A stretch of 64,000 bases of DNA from Squalus acanthias (taxonomy: Eukaryota), in contig CM059433.1 of assembly GCA_030390025.1 (NCBI GenBank), positions 1,984,001 through 2,048,000 of the forward strand, given 5' to 3'. Numbering within the stretch: the first letter of the stretch is position 1; each line of letters begins with the position of its first letter. Below are positions 35,896 to 48,661 of this stretch, in pieces. The notes beneath the pieces were generated by a model. The model made no database searches and was not told where the DNA came from. It saw only the letters and a list, made by a program, of their open reading frames with translations. The position numbers were made by a program, and so were the translations under genes.

Positions 35896-36432
35896 AAAGC
35901 AAAATACTGGACTGCGGATGCTGGAAATCTGAAATACAAACAGAAAATGTTGGAAATACTCAGCCGGCCAGGCAGCATCTGTGGCGAGAGAAACAGAGTT
36001 AACGTTTCAGGTCGATGACCTTTCGTCAGAACTGGAAAAAGTTAGAGATGGAACAGTTTTTAAGCAAGTGTAGGGGCAGGGAAAGGTGGGGGGTGGGAAG
36101 GAAAGAATAAAAGAGAAGGTCTGTGATAGGGTGGGAGGCAGGAGTGATTAAGAGACAAAAGGGATGATTTAACAAAGCAAAAGGAGATGGTAATGGGACA
36201 AGTAAAGAAACAAAAGATGGGTCTCGGAAGAGGTGTAAATGGGAATGGCAGAATCATTATCAACAGCTGCCGTCTGAAAGAGTGGGGGCAGAGGTTATGA
36301 TCTGAAATTATTGAACTTGATGTTGAGTCCAGAAGGCTTTAAAGTGCCGAATGGAAAGATGAGGTGCTGTTCCTCGAGCTTACGTTGAGCTTTATTGGAA
36401 CAATGTAAGAGGCCGAGGACAGAGTGGGAGTG
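35896..36432 (-). mobile_element. PLE 3' fragment with terminal repeat
   Basis: Colinear homology to 1481-1970. Confidence 0.88.
35997..36033 (-). ncRNA. Minimal type I hammerhead ribozyme motif
   Basis: Minus strand reads AGTT-CTGACGA-A-AGGTC-ATC-GACCT-GAAA-CGT-T-AACT, with all stems intact. Confidence 0.65.
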
Positions 36433-36860
36433 CTCGGTAAGCTTCACTTGTGTTCTTCAGTTGGCTGCTAAGAATGTAAAAGCAGTCCGGTGATGATTCT
36501 CCCTTTTCCCCCCCCCCCCCCCCCCCCTCCCCTCCAGCGCAGTAACATCTGGTCTTTACTTGGTGCTTCCCCATGGTGGTTAGATGAATCATTGGCACAA
36601 ACCTGTAACTCAATACTCCATGATGCAGCAAGTTGTAAGCACACTAGTATACCACTGTGTGATATATATATATATATATCCATGAAATAAGTTCAAAAAA
36701 GATGATGTGCTTTAAAATTTATTAATTTAAAAAGAAAATAGTAGTTCAGAAAGGAAATGAAATGGGCAAGTGTCAATGTTTTTATTCAATATTTTGAGTA
36801 TCCTAAATTTTCTTACGAGGATATGTATTTGACAGTATTTTTTAAACAATCTTTCTTCAG

Positions 36861-36986
36861 ATTGATAATGAAGAATATGGTGAAGCATTGGCTCTTGCAC
36901 AAGCCTATGACCTTGACAGTGACCTTGTGTATCAAAGACAATGGAGGAAATCGCCTGTTAATATTGCTTCTATTCAGGACTACCTG
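36861..36986 (+). CDS. NBAS: NBAS coding exon 16
   Basis: cttcag|ATTGAT...TACCTG|gtatgt; IDNEEYGEALALAQAYDLDSDLVYQRQWRKSPVNIASIQDYL; 126 nt. Confidence 0.97.
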
Positions 36987-37149
36987 GTATGTTTTATGCA
37001 AAGTCTTAAATGTTTAGCAATAGATTGGTGGTATTTTCAGTGCTGCAGATTACTTACTTTCATATTGAATTCATTTTGCTTACAAAATTTTAACAACAAG
37101 GAAAGGTTATTTTGCTCAGTAAGTTTGCCCCGTTTTGCTTGATCTCAAT

Positions 37150-37345
37150 CCTGTCTCTTCAACTTATTCCAGAGTGCCCTTTTTTCCTCCTGAAATAACC
37201 TGCCTAAATGGTTTGCTTCAATGGCCTTCCCTGATAACTTGCTGAATATGACAATGTTCCTTTGTATGAAATAGTTCTGCCTGAATTCCCTATTTAGATT
37301 TTCCTTGCCTTCTAATGAAGAGCAATCCATGTTTAGGAACCATAG
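37150..37345 (-). mobile_element. Very old CR1 C-terminal fragment
   Basis: LEGKENLNREFRQNYFIQRNIVIFSKLSGKAIEAN is a degenerate match to the CR1 motif RRNFFTQRVVNLWNSLP..AVEA. Confidence 0.45.
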
Positions 37346-37576
37346 TTACTTGCCCCCTCTCTCTCAGTAAATCCCTGTAGGAATAGTCTCAAATTGAACC
37401 TCAGTTTATTTGTTCTCTTCCCTCCCCTTGTTTTTCTTGTGTTTCTCATCGTGTCCTCTCCTTGTGTAGTTTGGTTGAGATTGATTAGAGTTTCCTGTAA
37501 TTTCTCCCTTTCTTTGCTGAGCTAGTTGATGCATCTGATATTTACTTGCAACTGTTTTCACTTGTCTTTCCCACAG

Positions 37577-37728
37577 AGTAAAATTAAGAAACGTTCATGG
37601 GTGTTGCATGAATGTGTGGAAAGAGTGCCTGAAAATGTTGATGCGGCCAGAGAGCTGCTTCAGTATGGATTGAAAGGGACTGACCTGGAGGCACTTATAG
37701 CTATAGGAAAAGGAGAAGACGGAGGCAG
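37577..37728 (+). CDS. NBAS: NBAS coding exon 17
   Basis: ccacag|AGTAAA...GGCAG|gtttgt; SKIKKRSWVLHECVERVPENVDAARELLQYGLKGTDLEALIAIGKGEDGGR; 152 nt. Confidence 0.98.
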
Positions 37729-37829
37729 GTTTGTCATCCTTTTGAAGAAATGTATAACTTTCCCCCATATATTGTGTAACAGCGCTAGTTATATTTTCCA
37801 GTAGGGCATTGCTACTTATATGTTCTAAG

Positions 37830-38017
37830 CAGAAAATGCTGGAAATACTCAGCAGGTCAGGCAGCATCTGTGGAGAGAGAAACAGAGTTAACGTTTCAGG
37901 TTGATGACCCGAAACGTTAACTCTGTTTCTCTCTCCACAGATGCTGCCTGACCTGCTGAGTATTTCCAGCATTTTCTGTTTATATTTCAGATTTCTAGCA
38001 TCCGCAGTATTTTGCTT
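37830..38017. mobile_element. Palindromic PLE insertion made only of two inverted terminal repeats
   Basis: 68-bp perfect inverted arms at 37830-37897 and 37911-37978. 17-bp TSD TTATATGTTCTAAGCAG at 37816-37832 and 38018-38034. Confidence 0.92.
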
Positions 38018-38797
38018 TTATATGTTCTAAGCAGTCATTTGTAATTCTTGTTTATTTCCCAACATCAGTCGGTGAAAATATCTCTCGTTCCTTTTATTTT
38101 CCATTTGGTATGGGTTAAAAGTTACCAACCTGGCTGCAATTATTTCAGCTATGAAAAAGAAATTTGAGGCAGGCCTGTCAACTAGATACTTGTACTAGCT
38201 TCAAACTGTTCAGAACTATTCGCTCTTCCCCAACCTTTTTTCAGATTTTGTTTTTCTGCTTCATATTTCTTTGTTTCATTTATACATTTAAAAATTATTG
38301 CACAGTTTGCACTTTGCAGTCTCTATCCCTAGTTGAGCCACAAGGAAGGTACAGTAAACCTGAAGTCAATTATATTTTATATGTACCTGTGTTGCTTTAA
38401 TTTATTTTAAACAGAGTTCATTTTTTCTAAAAGTTTTACCAATAAACATGTTGCTGAGCACAAAATAACATAAACTTAACTTAAGATTCAGGGGCATAAT
38501 GTTTCAGAGTTTCCACTTCAATTATTTGAATTTTATTGAGGTAGGAAATGTCACGGAGATCTTTACGACACCTATAAAATCTACTGAAGTTTACTGCAAC
38601 CTCTGGAAAATGTAGGCCACTGGGACAATAATTTTACACAATGTAATAAAATATACTATTGAACGAGCACATTAATCTTTTACCTGGTAGAATTATTGCA
38701 GTTCATTACCGAAGTGGTAGGTTCAGAATCGTATATGTAATAGAATTTGAGGCAGCACGCAGTTCTTTTGGAGAATTGTTCATTTTCATTTTAACAG

Positions 38798-38935
38798 ATT
38801 CATTTTGCCTGGAGATGTGGACATTGATGAGCTTCCCTATGAGGATTATTTGTCACCAGTTGAAGAGATGCAGAGGAGAAAAGAAAAAGAGGCTGCAAAA
38901 AGACAGGAACTACTCCAACTGGTGGATTTTTCCAC
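38798..38935 (+). CDS. NBAS: NBAS coding exon 18
   Basis: taacag|ATTCATT...TCCAC|gtgagt; FILPGDVDIDELPYEDYLSPVEEMQRRKEKEAAKRQELLQLVDFS; 138 nt. Confidence 0.96.
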
Positions 38936-39449
38936 GTGAGTAATAATTGTTACTTTACAGCATACAAATTGGCCTTTCCTAGTTAAAAGCATAGCCAGTG
39001 TGTGTTTCTAAAATGTTATCAGCACACACATTATATATACCACTTGCCACAGCTTGACACCTTACCTCTGAAAATCCCAGTTGGTGCTAATAATTTACTC
39101 TGTGGTTATCACCGGCACAAACCCACTGTTCTGCAAAATCTGAGCAAAACTCTTAGCTGCAGCTTAGATCCTTGGTGAGAACAATTTGCAATCAAAGTTT
39201 CACTTCTGAATCAGACAGATTTGTAATCCTGACTGACTGGCTTTGATTTTCACATCAAATCCGATTACTGGTTCTGTATGATCTTGAGTATTAGTTACAC
39301 ATATAATGCCAGGTAACTTGCAGGGTATGGAGGAAGTTTTCTACATTGGCTATTTGGTTGTTTCTTCATACCCCTTCTAAGCATTAAAGTTTAAAAATGC
39401 CGGATAGCTGGGCTTAAAACAATATTATCAAGTACCTTGCTAATCTATT

Positions 39450-41684
39450 GGGCCAAATCTTGCTGTAAAAATAACGTATTTTTAACGACGACTCCATTAT
39501 TAATGTGCAAATCAGCCTGCAAATTCAGGGGTTTGAGATACTCCATGAGTTGCGAATCCACCGAACTTGCTGGTCGATTTACACCACTCCGCCATTTGCT
39601 TCGCACAAACAGCATCTCGCCCTTAACCTCCCCATTTTTTTAAGAGCTTGCTGGATTTGCACATTAATTGCTCATTAAATTTGCCGCAGAAAGTTAGGGT
39701 TGGAAGTTAACAGCATAAGTACCTTTTTAACAATGTGATAATTGTTAATGCAATGCCAATCAATCTCTGGCCCAGAAAGGGAACAATTTAAACTGTTCAA
39801 TCGTATTCTGCATGTAGTCAATTGTGGTTAAGAGATTTAAAAAAAGTAAACATTTTTTTTCTTCTTTTGCTTTCTGTCTCTTTTCTCTCTCTTTTCATCC
39901 AATCTTTCTTTCGCTCTATTTATTTCTCTTTTTTATATTCCTTCATGGGATGTGGGCCTCGTTGGCAAGGCCAGCATTTATTGTCCATCCTTAATTGCCC
40001 ATGAGAAGGTGGTAATGAGCCGCCTCTTGAACCACTGCAGTCCGTGGTGAAGGTACTCCTACAGTACTGTTAGGGAGGGAGTTCCAGGATTTTGACCCAG
40101 CGATGATGAAGGAACGGCGATACATTTCCAAGTCAGGATGGTGTGTGACTTGGAGGGGAACTTGCAGGTGGTGGTGTTCCCATGTTCCTGCTGCCCTTGT
40201 CTTTCTAGGTGGAAGAGGTTGCGGGTTTGGGAGATGCTGTCAAAGAAGTCTTGGCGAGTTGCTGCAGTGCATCTTGTATATGGTACACACTGCAGCCACG
40301 GTACGCCGGTGGTGGAGGGAGTAAATGTTTAAGGTGGTGGATGGTATGCCAATCAAGCAGGCTGCTTTGTCCTGGATGGTGTCGAGCTTCTTGAGTGTTG
40401 TTGGAGCTGCACTCATCCAGGCAAGTGGAGAGCATTCTATCACACTCCTGACTTGTGCCTTGTAGATGGTGGAAAGGCTTTGGGGAGTCGGGAGGTGCTT
40501 CACTCTCCACAGAATACCCAGCCTCTGACCTGCTCTTGTAGTGACAGTATTTATGTGGCTGGTCCAGTTAAGTTTCTGGTTAATGGTGACCCCCAAGAAG
40601 TTGATGGTGGGGGATTTGGAAATGGTAATCCCATTGAATGTCATGGGAGGTGGCCAGAACAATCCTGAATGTTGTCCAGGTCTAGCTGCATGCGCGCACG
40701 GTCTGCTTCATTATTTGAGGAGTTGCGAATGGAACTGAAGACTGCAATCATTAGCAAGCATCCCCACTTCTGACCTTGTGATGGAGGGAAGGTCATTGAA
40801 GCAGCTGAAGATGGTTGGGCCTAGGACACTGCCCTGAGGAACTCCTGCAGTGATGTCCTGGGCTGAGATGATTGACTTCCAACAACCACTTTCCTTTGTG
40901 CTAGGTATGACTCCAGCCAGTGGAGAGTTTTCCCCCTGATTCCCATTGACTTCAATTTTACTAGGGTTCCTTAATACCACACTCTGAAATGCTGCCTTGA
41001 TGTCAAGGGCAATCATTCTCATCTCACCTCTGGAATTCAGCTCTTTTGTCCATGTTTGGACCAAGGCTATAATGAGCTCTGGAGCCGAGTGGTCCTGGCG
41101 GAACCCAAACTGGACATCGGTGAGCAGGTTATTGGTGAGTAAGTACCGCTTGAATAGCACTGTTGACGACATCTTCCATCACTTTGCTGATGATTGAGAG
41201 TAGACTGATGGGGCGGGAATTGGCTGATTGGATTTGTCATGCTTTTTATGGACAGGACCTACCTGGGCAATTTTCCACATTGTTGGGTAGATGCCAGTGT
41301 TGCAGTTGTACTGGAATAACTTGGCTAGAGGCCCCCACATGTCTTCAGCACTACAGGCCTGGATGTTGTCGCACCCCATACCTCTGCTGTATCCAGTGTG
41401 CTCAGCCATTTCTTGATATCATGTGGCGGGGACCTGATTTGATTGTAATTCACCCTCCTTCTGACGTTCCTCTGTTTCTTTCTCAATCCTTAAATCTGAT
41501 TTGTTGAGATGCACTGTTGGTCCCACAGTTCACTGAGGTCCCAGATACCCTGTTGCCCTCGCCACGCAGTTATAAGCTCACACTTCCAGCAAGTTACGGC
41601 GCAAAGAAATTTTGAGTTGACGGGTGCCGGGAAAAGTCTAACTGCACGTGCCACGAAATGTCCCACTCCAGCTAAATCTGGCCC
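39450..41684. mobile_element. Harbinger-type non-autonomous element interrupted by a LINE
   Basis: TIRs GGGCCAAATCTTGCTG and CAGCTAAATCTGGCCC, with a 3-bp TSD ATT at 39447-39449 and 41685-41687. Confidence 0.72.
39929..41426 (-). mobile_element. LINE family B, 5'-truncated
   Basis: QFGFRQDHSA...ALDIKAAF...[27 protein letters not shown]; same tail as 23957. Confidence 0.9.
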
Positions 41685-43377
41685 ATTATATTTTAAAATT
41701 GCTGAATGAGTCGCAGCATTCCATTTAAAATGCGTTGAGAACTCCTATGTCGAGCTGTTTCAATGCGGAAAACCCATTTTAAGTGTCAAGGTACCTGCAA
41801 TACCTGTTACGCCTGTAGCTGGTGCTGTGATTCATCTTTACAGTGTTAAAAATCCTGTCATGTAACATTACTTGAATGTGCTCCTTGAACTCCAATACAA
41901 AATTGTTGCAGGTATTTTTTTCCATCCTCTCTCCTCCTCCTCCTCACTGAGCCCAGTTATCCACCTTGACCTCCAACCCTCCAAGTGTAATGTCACAGGA
42001 GATCAATTATGATATGTAAGTCGCTAATAATATTGTAGGACCCTTTACTAAGAATTCTTCCCTACTTTTGAAGTTTTGGAGCTGTCTATGTGAAAAATGT
42101 GAAGGGACTATTGCATAGTTATTCCGATTCTCAAAAGGAGAGTTGTCCATGTACAATCCTGAACATGCAAATCTCTCCTATTTCCAAATTACTGTTTGCT
42201 GGCTATCATATTTGGTATTGAGCTCACTATCAGAAGTGCCCTGGTTGTTACTGTATTTGTAAGTGGACTGATTAAAGAACAGGAGCTCTCATAAGGAGAG
42301 AAGCATAAAGTTTTGAAACTTTTTGATCAGGGTTACGTAGAAATCAGGATCACTATGTATAGCTGGCATTTGAGAAAGCAGCTACATCGAGCTTTAGTGC
42401 ATTGATATTTAAGACTCTGGAAGAAACTTTTTCTAAATAATTGCATACATGATCAAAATGTTTAATAGGCATTCATTGACATGCTGTGGTAAAGCTCAGG
42501 GACTGTTTTTAATCTCCCTGCTATTGCTGATGGGGGATGATCAGAAATGCTGTCCTTGCTTTCTTTCAGTTTACTCCCTTTGCCTCAGACCTGTGAATGC
42601 TATAAGCACGCATTTGGATTTGTGGTTCATGTGATTCCCACGGACCGACAGTTCGCTAGAGGTTGAATCACTTACTGGGCCAATCTGATTACTAGAAGCG
42701 GAAACTGCAGAGTTTTATTGTAAATGTGTTTGGAGTTTGGAAGAACATTAACTGCAGAAGGCAATAGAATTGTGAAGAATTCAGTTCTGCATTATGTTTC
42801 AAACTTGCATTGCTCTATTTGAGATTAAGCTGTGGGATGCTTTAAGTAGAAGATTTTGTTCAAATGTTTTCCATTGTGTGGGACTTTGAATGCAATACCA
42901 ACCTACTAATGTTTTCTGGAACTCTGGCCTTCTATCCCTGGCTCCCATTTCACTGCCTGCCGCCTCAGCAACCCTATCATTCTGATTTTGTTTGAAGATT
43001 ATAATTATTATTAAATGTCCTTGCTTCATTGCATCCTTATTTCTTTCAACTGCAAATTCATAGATTTGTGACAGCTTACTAATGATCATTGACCTTTTGA
43101 CATTTCTATATTGCATCTAGCTCTTAATTGTCTACAAACTAAAATAAACTCCAAAATACTTGCGGTCTTTTTACTTATTTTTGGAAAACAGAAATATATG
43201 AATATGTAGAAATCCCTGTTCATGACCGGGCATTAATAGTTTGAAACTGGAAAGGGAAATACTATAACATACAAAAAGGTGGAGTGCACAGAAACATGAC
43301 GGCAGTTATTGATTGTAAAATTAGTGGTGTGGTTTTATAATTTTTGGACATCCAGTGCATCCTTTTTCTTTTCACAG

Positions 43378-43456
43378 GCTGACATTGGAACAGAAGAAGC
43401 TTTGTCGCTGTAGATTGAAACTGTTAACCTACTTAAATCGCCTAGCAACATATGAG
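43378..43456 (+). CDS. NBAS: NBAS coding exon 19
   Basis: tcacag|GCTGACA...TATGAG|gtatga; LTLEQKKLCRCRLKLLTYLNRLATYE; 79 nt. Confidence 0.97.
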
Positions 43457-43760
43457 GTATGAAAATCATTTAATATTTTTTCATATAAAGAGTATAAAAG
43501 TTTATCTTAATATTGTAGATCCTCTCTCATTTCAGAATACAAAAAGCTTATTTTTTTTAATATACCTGGCTTCTACAAGGGAGTTGTAACAAATACATTT
43601 TGTTTCAGCGTTCATGGTGATGGGTTGACTTCATTACTTGGGAAGTACTAGGGGTTCAAAATTCTAATATGTTAAAAGTTAATCTAAAAGTACGTACACC
43701 TTGGTGCTGTATGTCTTGAATCGAATATATAGCTACAATGACTTATATTTCTATTTATAG

Positions 43761-43865
43761 GAAATCCTTGGAGGGCCTCATGCTGCAGAGCAAAGATATG
43801 ATTCTGAATTCTTCAAAAAATTTAGAAGTCAGAACATTGTATTATCCGCAAGAACATATGCAAGG
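43761..43865 (+). CDS. NBAS: NBAS coding exon 20
   Basis: ttatag|GAAATC...GCAAGG|gtaagg; EILGGPHAAEQRYDSEFFKKFRSQNIVLSARTYAR; 105 nt. Confidence 0.97.
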
Positions 43866-43915
43866 GTAAGGTGTACTTTCTGAAAACGCAATCATAGGTC
43901 ATGATAACATTTATA

Positions 43916-44518
43916 CAAAAGCAAAATACTGCGGATGCTGGAAATCTGAAATAAAAACAGAAAATGCTGGAAATACTCAGCAGGTCAGGCAGCATCTGTG
44001 GCGAGAGAAACAGAGTTAACGTTTCAGGTCTGTGACCCTTAGTCATCGAGCTGAAACGTTAACATAGAAACATAGAAACTAGGAGCAGGAGTAGGCCATT
44101 CGGCCCGTCGAGCCTGCTCCACCATTCAATACGATCATGGCTGATCATCCAAATCCAGCACCCTGTCCCTACCCCCTCACACAGAATCCCCATCGAGCCT
44201 GCACCGACACATATCCCACCCTATCCCCGTAACCCCACGTATTTAATTCCCCCTAACATATCCCATCCTATCCCTGTAACCCCACATATTTAATCCTCCC
44301 CCTAACACTAAGGGTCAATTTATCATAGCCAAATCACCTAACCTGCACATTTTTGGACTGTGGGAGGAAACCGGAGCACCCGGAGGAAACCCACGCAGAC
44401 ACGGGGAGAATGTGCAAACTCCACACAGACAGTCACCCGAGGCCAGATTCGAACCCGGGTCTCTGGCGCTGTGAGGCACCAGTGCTAACCACTATGCCAC
44501 CGTGTTAACTCTGTTTCC
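43916..44518. mobile_element. Head-to-head PLE terminal repeats interrupted by a V-SINE
   Basis: Repeat at 43916-44040, then an inverted arm GTCATCGAGCTGAAACGTTAAC that resumes after the SINE as GTTAACTCTGTTTC (44504-44517). Confidence 0.85.
44064..44503 (-). mobile_element. HE1-like V-SINE
   Basis: Closely similar to 2916-3345. TSD GTTAAC at 44058-44063 and 44504-44509. Confidence 0.9.
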
Positions 44519-46945
44519 ATTGAGGCCTGGACTAATGATCCGGAGACTTGAGTTCAAACCCCACTGCGGCAGCTGGAAATTTAAATTCAATTAAATAAAA
44601 ATCTGGAATAAAAAAAGCTAGTATCAGTATTGGTGACCACGAAACGACTGAATTGTCATAAAAACCCATGTGGTTCACAAATGTCCTCAGTTACTCCAGA
44701 CCAACAGCAATGTGGTTGACTCTTAACTGCCCTCTGAAATGGCCTAGCAAGACACTCAGTTGTACCAAGAATAAAACCAGACGGACCACCCGGCATCGAC
44801 CTAGGCACCAGACACGATAAAGGCGCACCCAACCCAGTCAACACTGCAAAGTCCTCCTCACTAACATCTCAGCCAATGGCCCAGACTCCTTCATCACCAT
44901 CCCTGGGTATGTCCTGTCCCACCAGCGGTACAGTGGTATACAGTCGGGAGGGGGTTGGCCCTGGGAGTCGTTAACATTGACTCTCTGGACCAAGGTCAAG
45001 CATGGGCAAGGAAACCTCCTGCTGATCACCACCTACCGCCCTCCCTCAGCTGATGAATCAGTACTCCTCCATGTTGAACACCACTTGGAAGAAGCACTGA
45101 GAGTAGCAAGGGTGCAGAATATACTCTGGGTGGGGGACTTCAATGTCCATCACCAAGAGTGACTCAGTAGCACCACTACTGACCGAGTTGGCCAAGTGCT
45201 GAAGGACGTAGCTGCCAGACTGGGTCTGTGGCAGGTGGTAAGAGAACCAACACGAGGGACAAATCTACTTGACCTTGTCCTCACCAATCTACCTGTCGCC
45301 GCTGTATCTGTCCATGACAGTATTGGTAGCAGCGACCACCACACAGTCCTTGTGGAGACGACGTCCCGTCTTCACACTGAGGGCACCCTCCATCGTGTTG
45401 TGTAGCACTACCACCGTGCTAAAAGGGATAGATTCAGAACAGATCTAGCAGCTCAAAACTGGGCATCCATGAGGCGCTGGGCCATCGGTGGCAGCAGCAG
45501 AATTGTATTCCCCCACAATTAGTAACCTCATGGCCCGGTATATCCCTCATTCTGCCATTACCATCAACCCAGGGGACCAACCCTGGTTCAATAAGGAGTG
45601 TAGAAGAGCATGCCAGGGGCAGCACCAGGTGTACCTAAAAATGAAGTGCCAACCTGGGGAAGCTGCAACACAGGACTACATACATGCTAAATAGCGGAAA
45701 CAGCATGCTATAGACAGAGCTAAGCGATCCCACCATCAACAGATCAGATCAAAGCTCTGCAGTCCTGCCACATCCAGTCTTTGAATGGCAGTGGACAATT
45801 AAACAACTAACTGGAGGAGGCTCCATGAACATCCCCAGCCTCAATGGTGGCGGAGCCCAGCACGTGAGTTCAAAAGTCAAGATTGAAGCGTTTGCAACCA
45901 TATTAAACCAGAAGAGCCGAGTGGATGATCCAGCTCTGCCTCCTCCTGCAGTCCCCACCATCACAAAAGCCAGTCTTCAGCCAATTTGATTCACTCCACG
46001 TGATATCAAGAAATGACTGAGCGCACTGGATACAGCAAAGGCTATGGACACCAATAACTGCCAAGCTGTTCTCATACAGCTACAACACTGGCATCTACCC
46101 AACAATGTGGAAAATTGCCCAGCTATGCCCTGTCCACAAACAGCAGGACATATCCAATCCGGCCAATTACCGCCCCATCAGTCTATTCTCAATCATCAGT
46201 AAAGTGACGGAAGGTGTCGTCGACAGTGCTGTCAAGCGGCACTTACCAATAATCTGCTCACCGATGCTTAGTTTGGGTTCCACCAGGACCACTCGGCTCT
46301 AGACCTCATTACAGCCTTGGTGTAAACATGGACGAAAGAGCTGAATTCCAGAGGTGAGGTGAGAGTGACTGCCCTTGACATCAAAGCAGCATTTGACTGA
46401 GTGTGGCATCAAGGAGTCCTAGTAAAATTGAAGTCAATGGGAATCAGCGGGAAAACTCTCCACTGGCTTGAATCATACCTAGCACAAAGGAAGATGGTTG
46501 TGGTTGTTGGAGGCCAGTCATCTCAGCCCCAGGACATCGCTGCAGGAGTTCCTCAGGGCAGTGACTTGGGCCCAACCATCTTCAGCTGCTTCATCAATGA
46601 CCATCCCACCATCATAAGGTCAGAAGTGGGGATGTTTGCTGATGATTGCCATGTTCAGTTTCATTCGCAACTCCTCCGATAAGGTAGCAGTCTGTGCCCA
46701 CATGCAGCAAGACCTGGACGACCTTCAGGGTTGGGTTGATAAGTGGCGAGTAACATTCGCGCCACACAAGTGGCAGGTAATGACTATCTCCAACAAGAGA
46801 AAGCCGAACCACCGCCCCTTGACTTTCAATGGCATTAACATCCTGGTGGCCACATAGATACTGTAGCTACAAGAGCAGGTCAGAGGCTGGGTATTCTGTG
46901 GCGCATGTCTCACCTCCTGACTCCCCAAAGCTTTTCCACCATCTA

Positions 46946-47308
46946 CAGGAAACTCTTTATTAACCGGCACCCAAATATCCGGAAATCTCTCTTAACCGGC
47001 AAAATTATTGAGTAGGTAACCGGGGTTTTCCTTCATCTCTCGTTTAAAATTAACTTTAAAAAAAACCCCGAGGCGTTTGCCTTGTATCGGAGCGTGTAGA
47101 TTGGGAGGGGAATGTGCAGCCCGGGTAGGCAGCGGACATGACAGATGGTCAGCTGGCGGTCCCCGGGGAGACGGAGCTCCGAATGCAGGCGCATGTCTAT
47201 GTGTACGGGGCTCTCGTACGTTGGGAGATATAACTCTCCGTTATCCGGACTTTTTGATTACCGGCACCACGCCGGTCCCATCGGTGCCGGTTAATAAAGA
47301 GTTTCCTG
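46946..47308. mobile_element. Tc1/mariner (Tigger/pogo-like) MITE, 363 bp, nested in LINE family B
   Basis: Perfect 26-bp TIR. TA duplication; removing the element restores the host sequence ATCTACAAGGCACAA. Confidence 0.93.
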
Positions 47309-47395
47309 TACAAGGCACAAGTCAGAAGTGTGATGGAATACTCTTCACTTGCTTGGATGAATGCAGCTCCAACAACACTCAAGAAGCTCGACACC

Positions 47396-48660
47396 TATCT
47401 TTGCCTATCTTTTCTGAACACCTTGCACCCTTGAATATTAAGTACCTGGTCCTCACCGTTTTTAAGCCACGTTTCCGTTATTGCCGCAACATCATATTGC
47501 CACACGGCTAATTGTGCTTGTAGCTCACGAACCTTCTTCACCACACTTTGTGCATTTACGTACATGCATTTTAAACCCATTTTTGAATTTTTCGTAGTCT
47601 TTCTTAGTCTGCTCCTATCTAATATTGTACTACTTCCGCCTCTAGTACTATTTTCTTCTCTAGTACTATCAACACATTCACTTTTTTACGCACCTTATTC
47701 CTCTTTTCTGCTCCTATATGCTGGTGCCCATCCCCCTGCCAAGCTAGTTCAAACCCTCCCCGTGAGAATATTGGTCCTGGCTCTGTTGAGGTGTAACCCA
47801 TCCGGCTTGTACAGGTCCCACCTTCCCCTGAAACAGTCCCAATGCCTCAGGAATCTAAAGCCCTCCCTCCTGCACCATCTCTCCAGCCACGCATTCATCT
47901 GTTCTATCCTCCTATTTCTATACTCACTAGCACGAGCACCGGGGGTAATCTGGAGATTACTACCTTTGAGGTCATGCTTTTTAATCTCTCTCCTAGCTCA
48001 CTAAACTCTGCCTGCAGGACCTCATCCCTCTTTCTGCCTATGTCATTGGTACCGATATGGACAATGACCTCTGGCTGTTCAGCCTCCTCCCTCAGAGTGT
48101 CCTGCAGCCGCTCAGTGACATCCTTGACCCTGGCACCAAGGAGGCAGCATACCATCCTGGAGTCACGTCTGTGGCCGCAGAAACGACTGTCTGCTCCCTA
48201 ACTATCAAATCCCCTACCACTATTGCTCTTCCACTCTTTCCCCCCCCCCACTGTGCAGCTGAGCCACCCGTGGTCCCCAGAGGAACCATCGACCTCACCA
48301 GTACTCAGAACAGAATACTGGTTGGAGAGTGTGATGCACTCCAGGGGACTCCTGCACTGCCTGCCTGGTCCTCCTCTTCTGCTTGGCGGTCACCCATTCC
48401 CTCTCTGCCTGCATACTCTTAAGCTGCGGGGTGGCCACCTCTAAAAATGTGCTATCTACGTAGCTCTCAGCCTCGCGGATGCACCGCAGTGACTCCAGCC
48501 GCCGCTCAAGCTCTGAAACACGGAGCTCGAGCTGCCGTAGCTGGTGACACTTCCTGCACATGTGGCCGTCCAGGCTACGCAAAGCATCCAGGACTTCCCA
48601 CATGGCGCAGGATGTGGACTCCACGGGACAGCTGCCCTGCCATGCCTCTGCTCGGGCCAC
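47396..48660 (-). mobile_element. CR1 ORF1 and start of APE (inverted 5' segment)
   Basis: TSCAMWEV...CRKCHQLRQLELRVSELE, AIVVGDLIVR, MVCCLLGARVKDV...VHIGTNDIG, then LKCMYVNAQSVV...ITETWL...FRKDR. Confidence 0.88.
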
Positions 48661-48661
48661 T

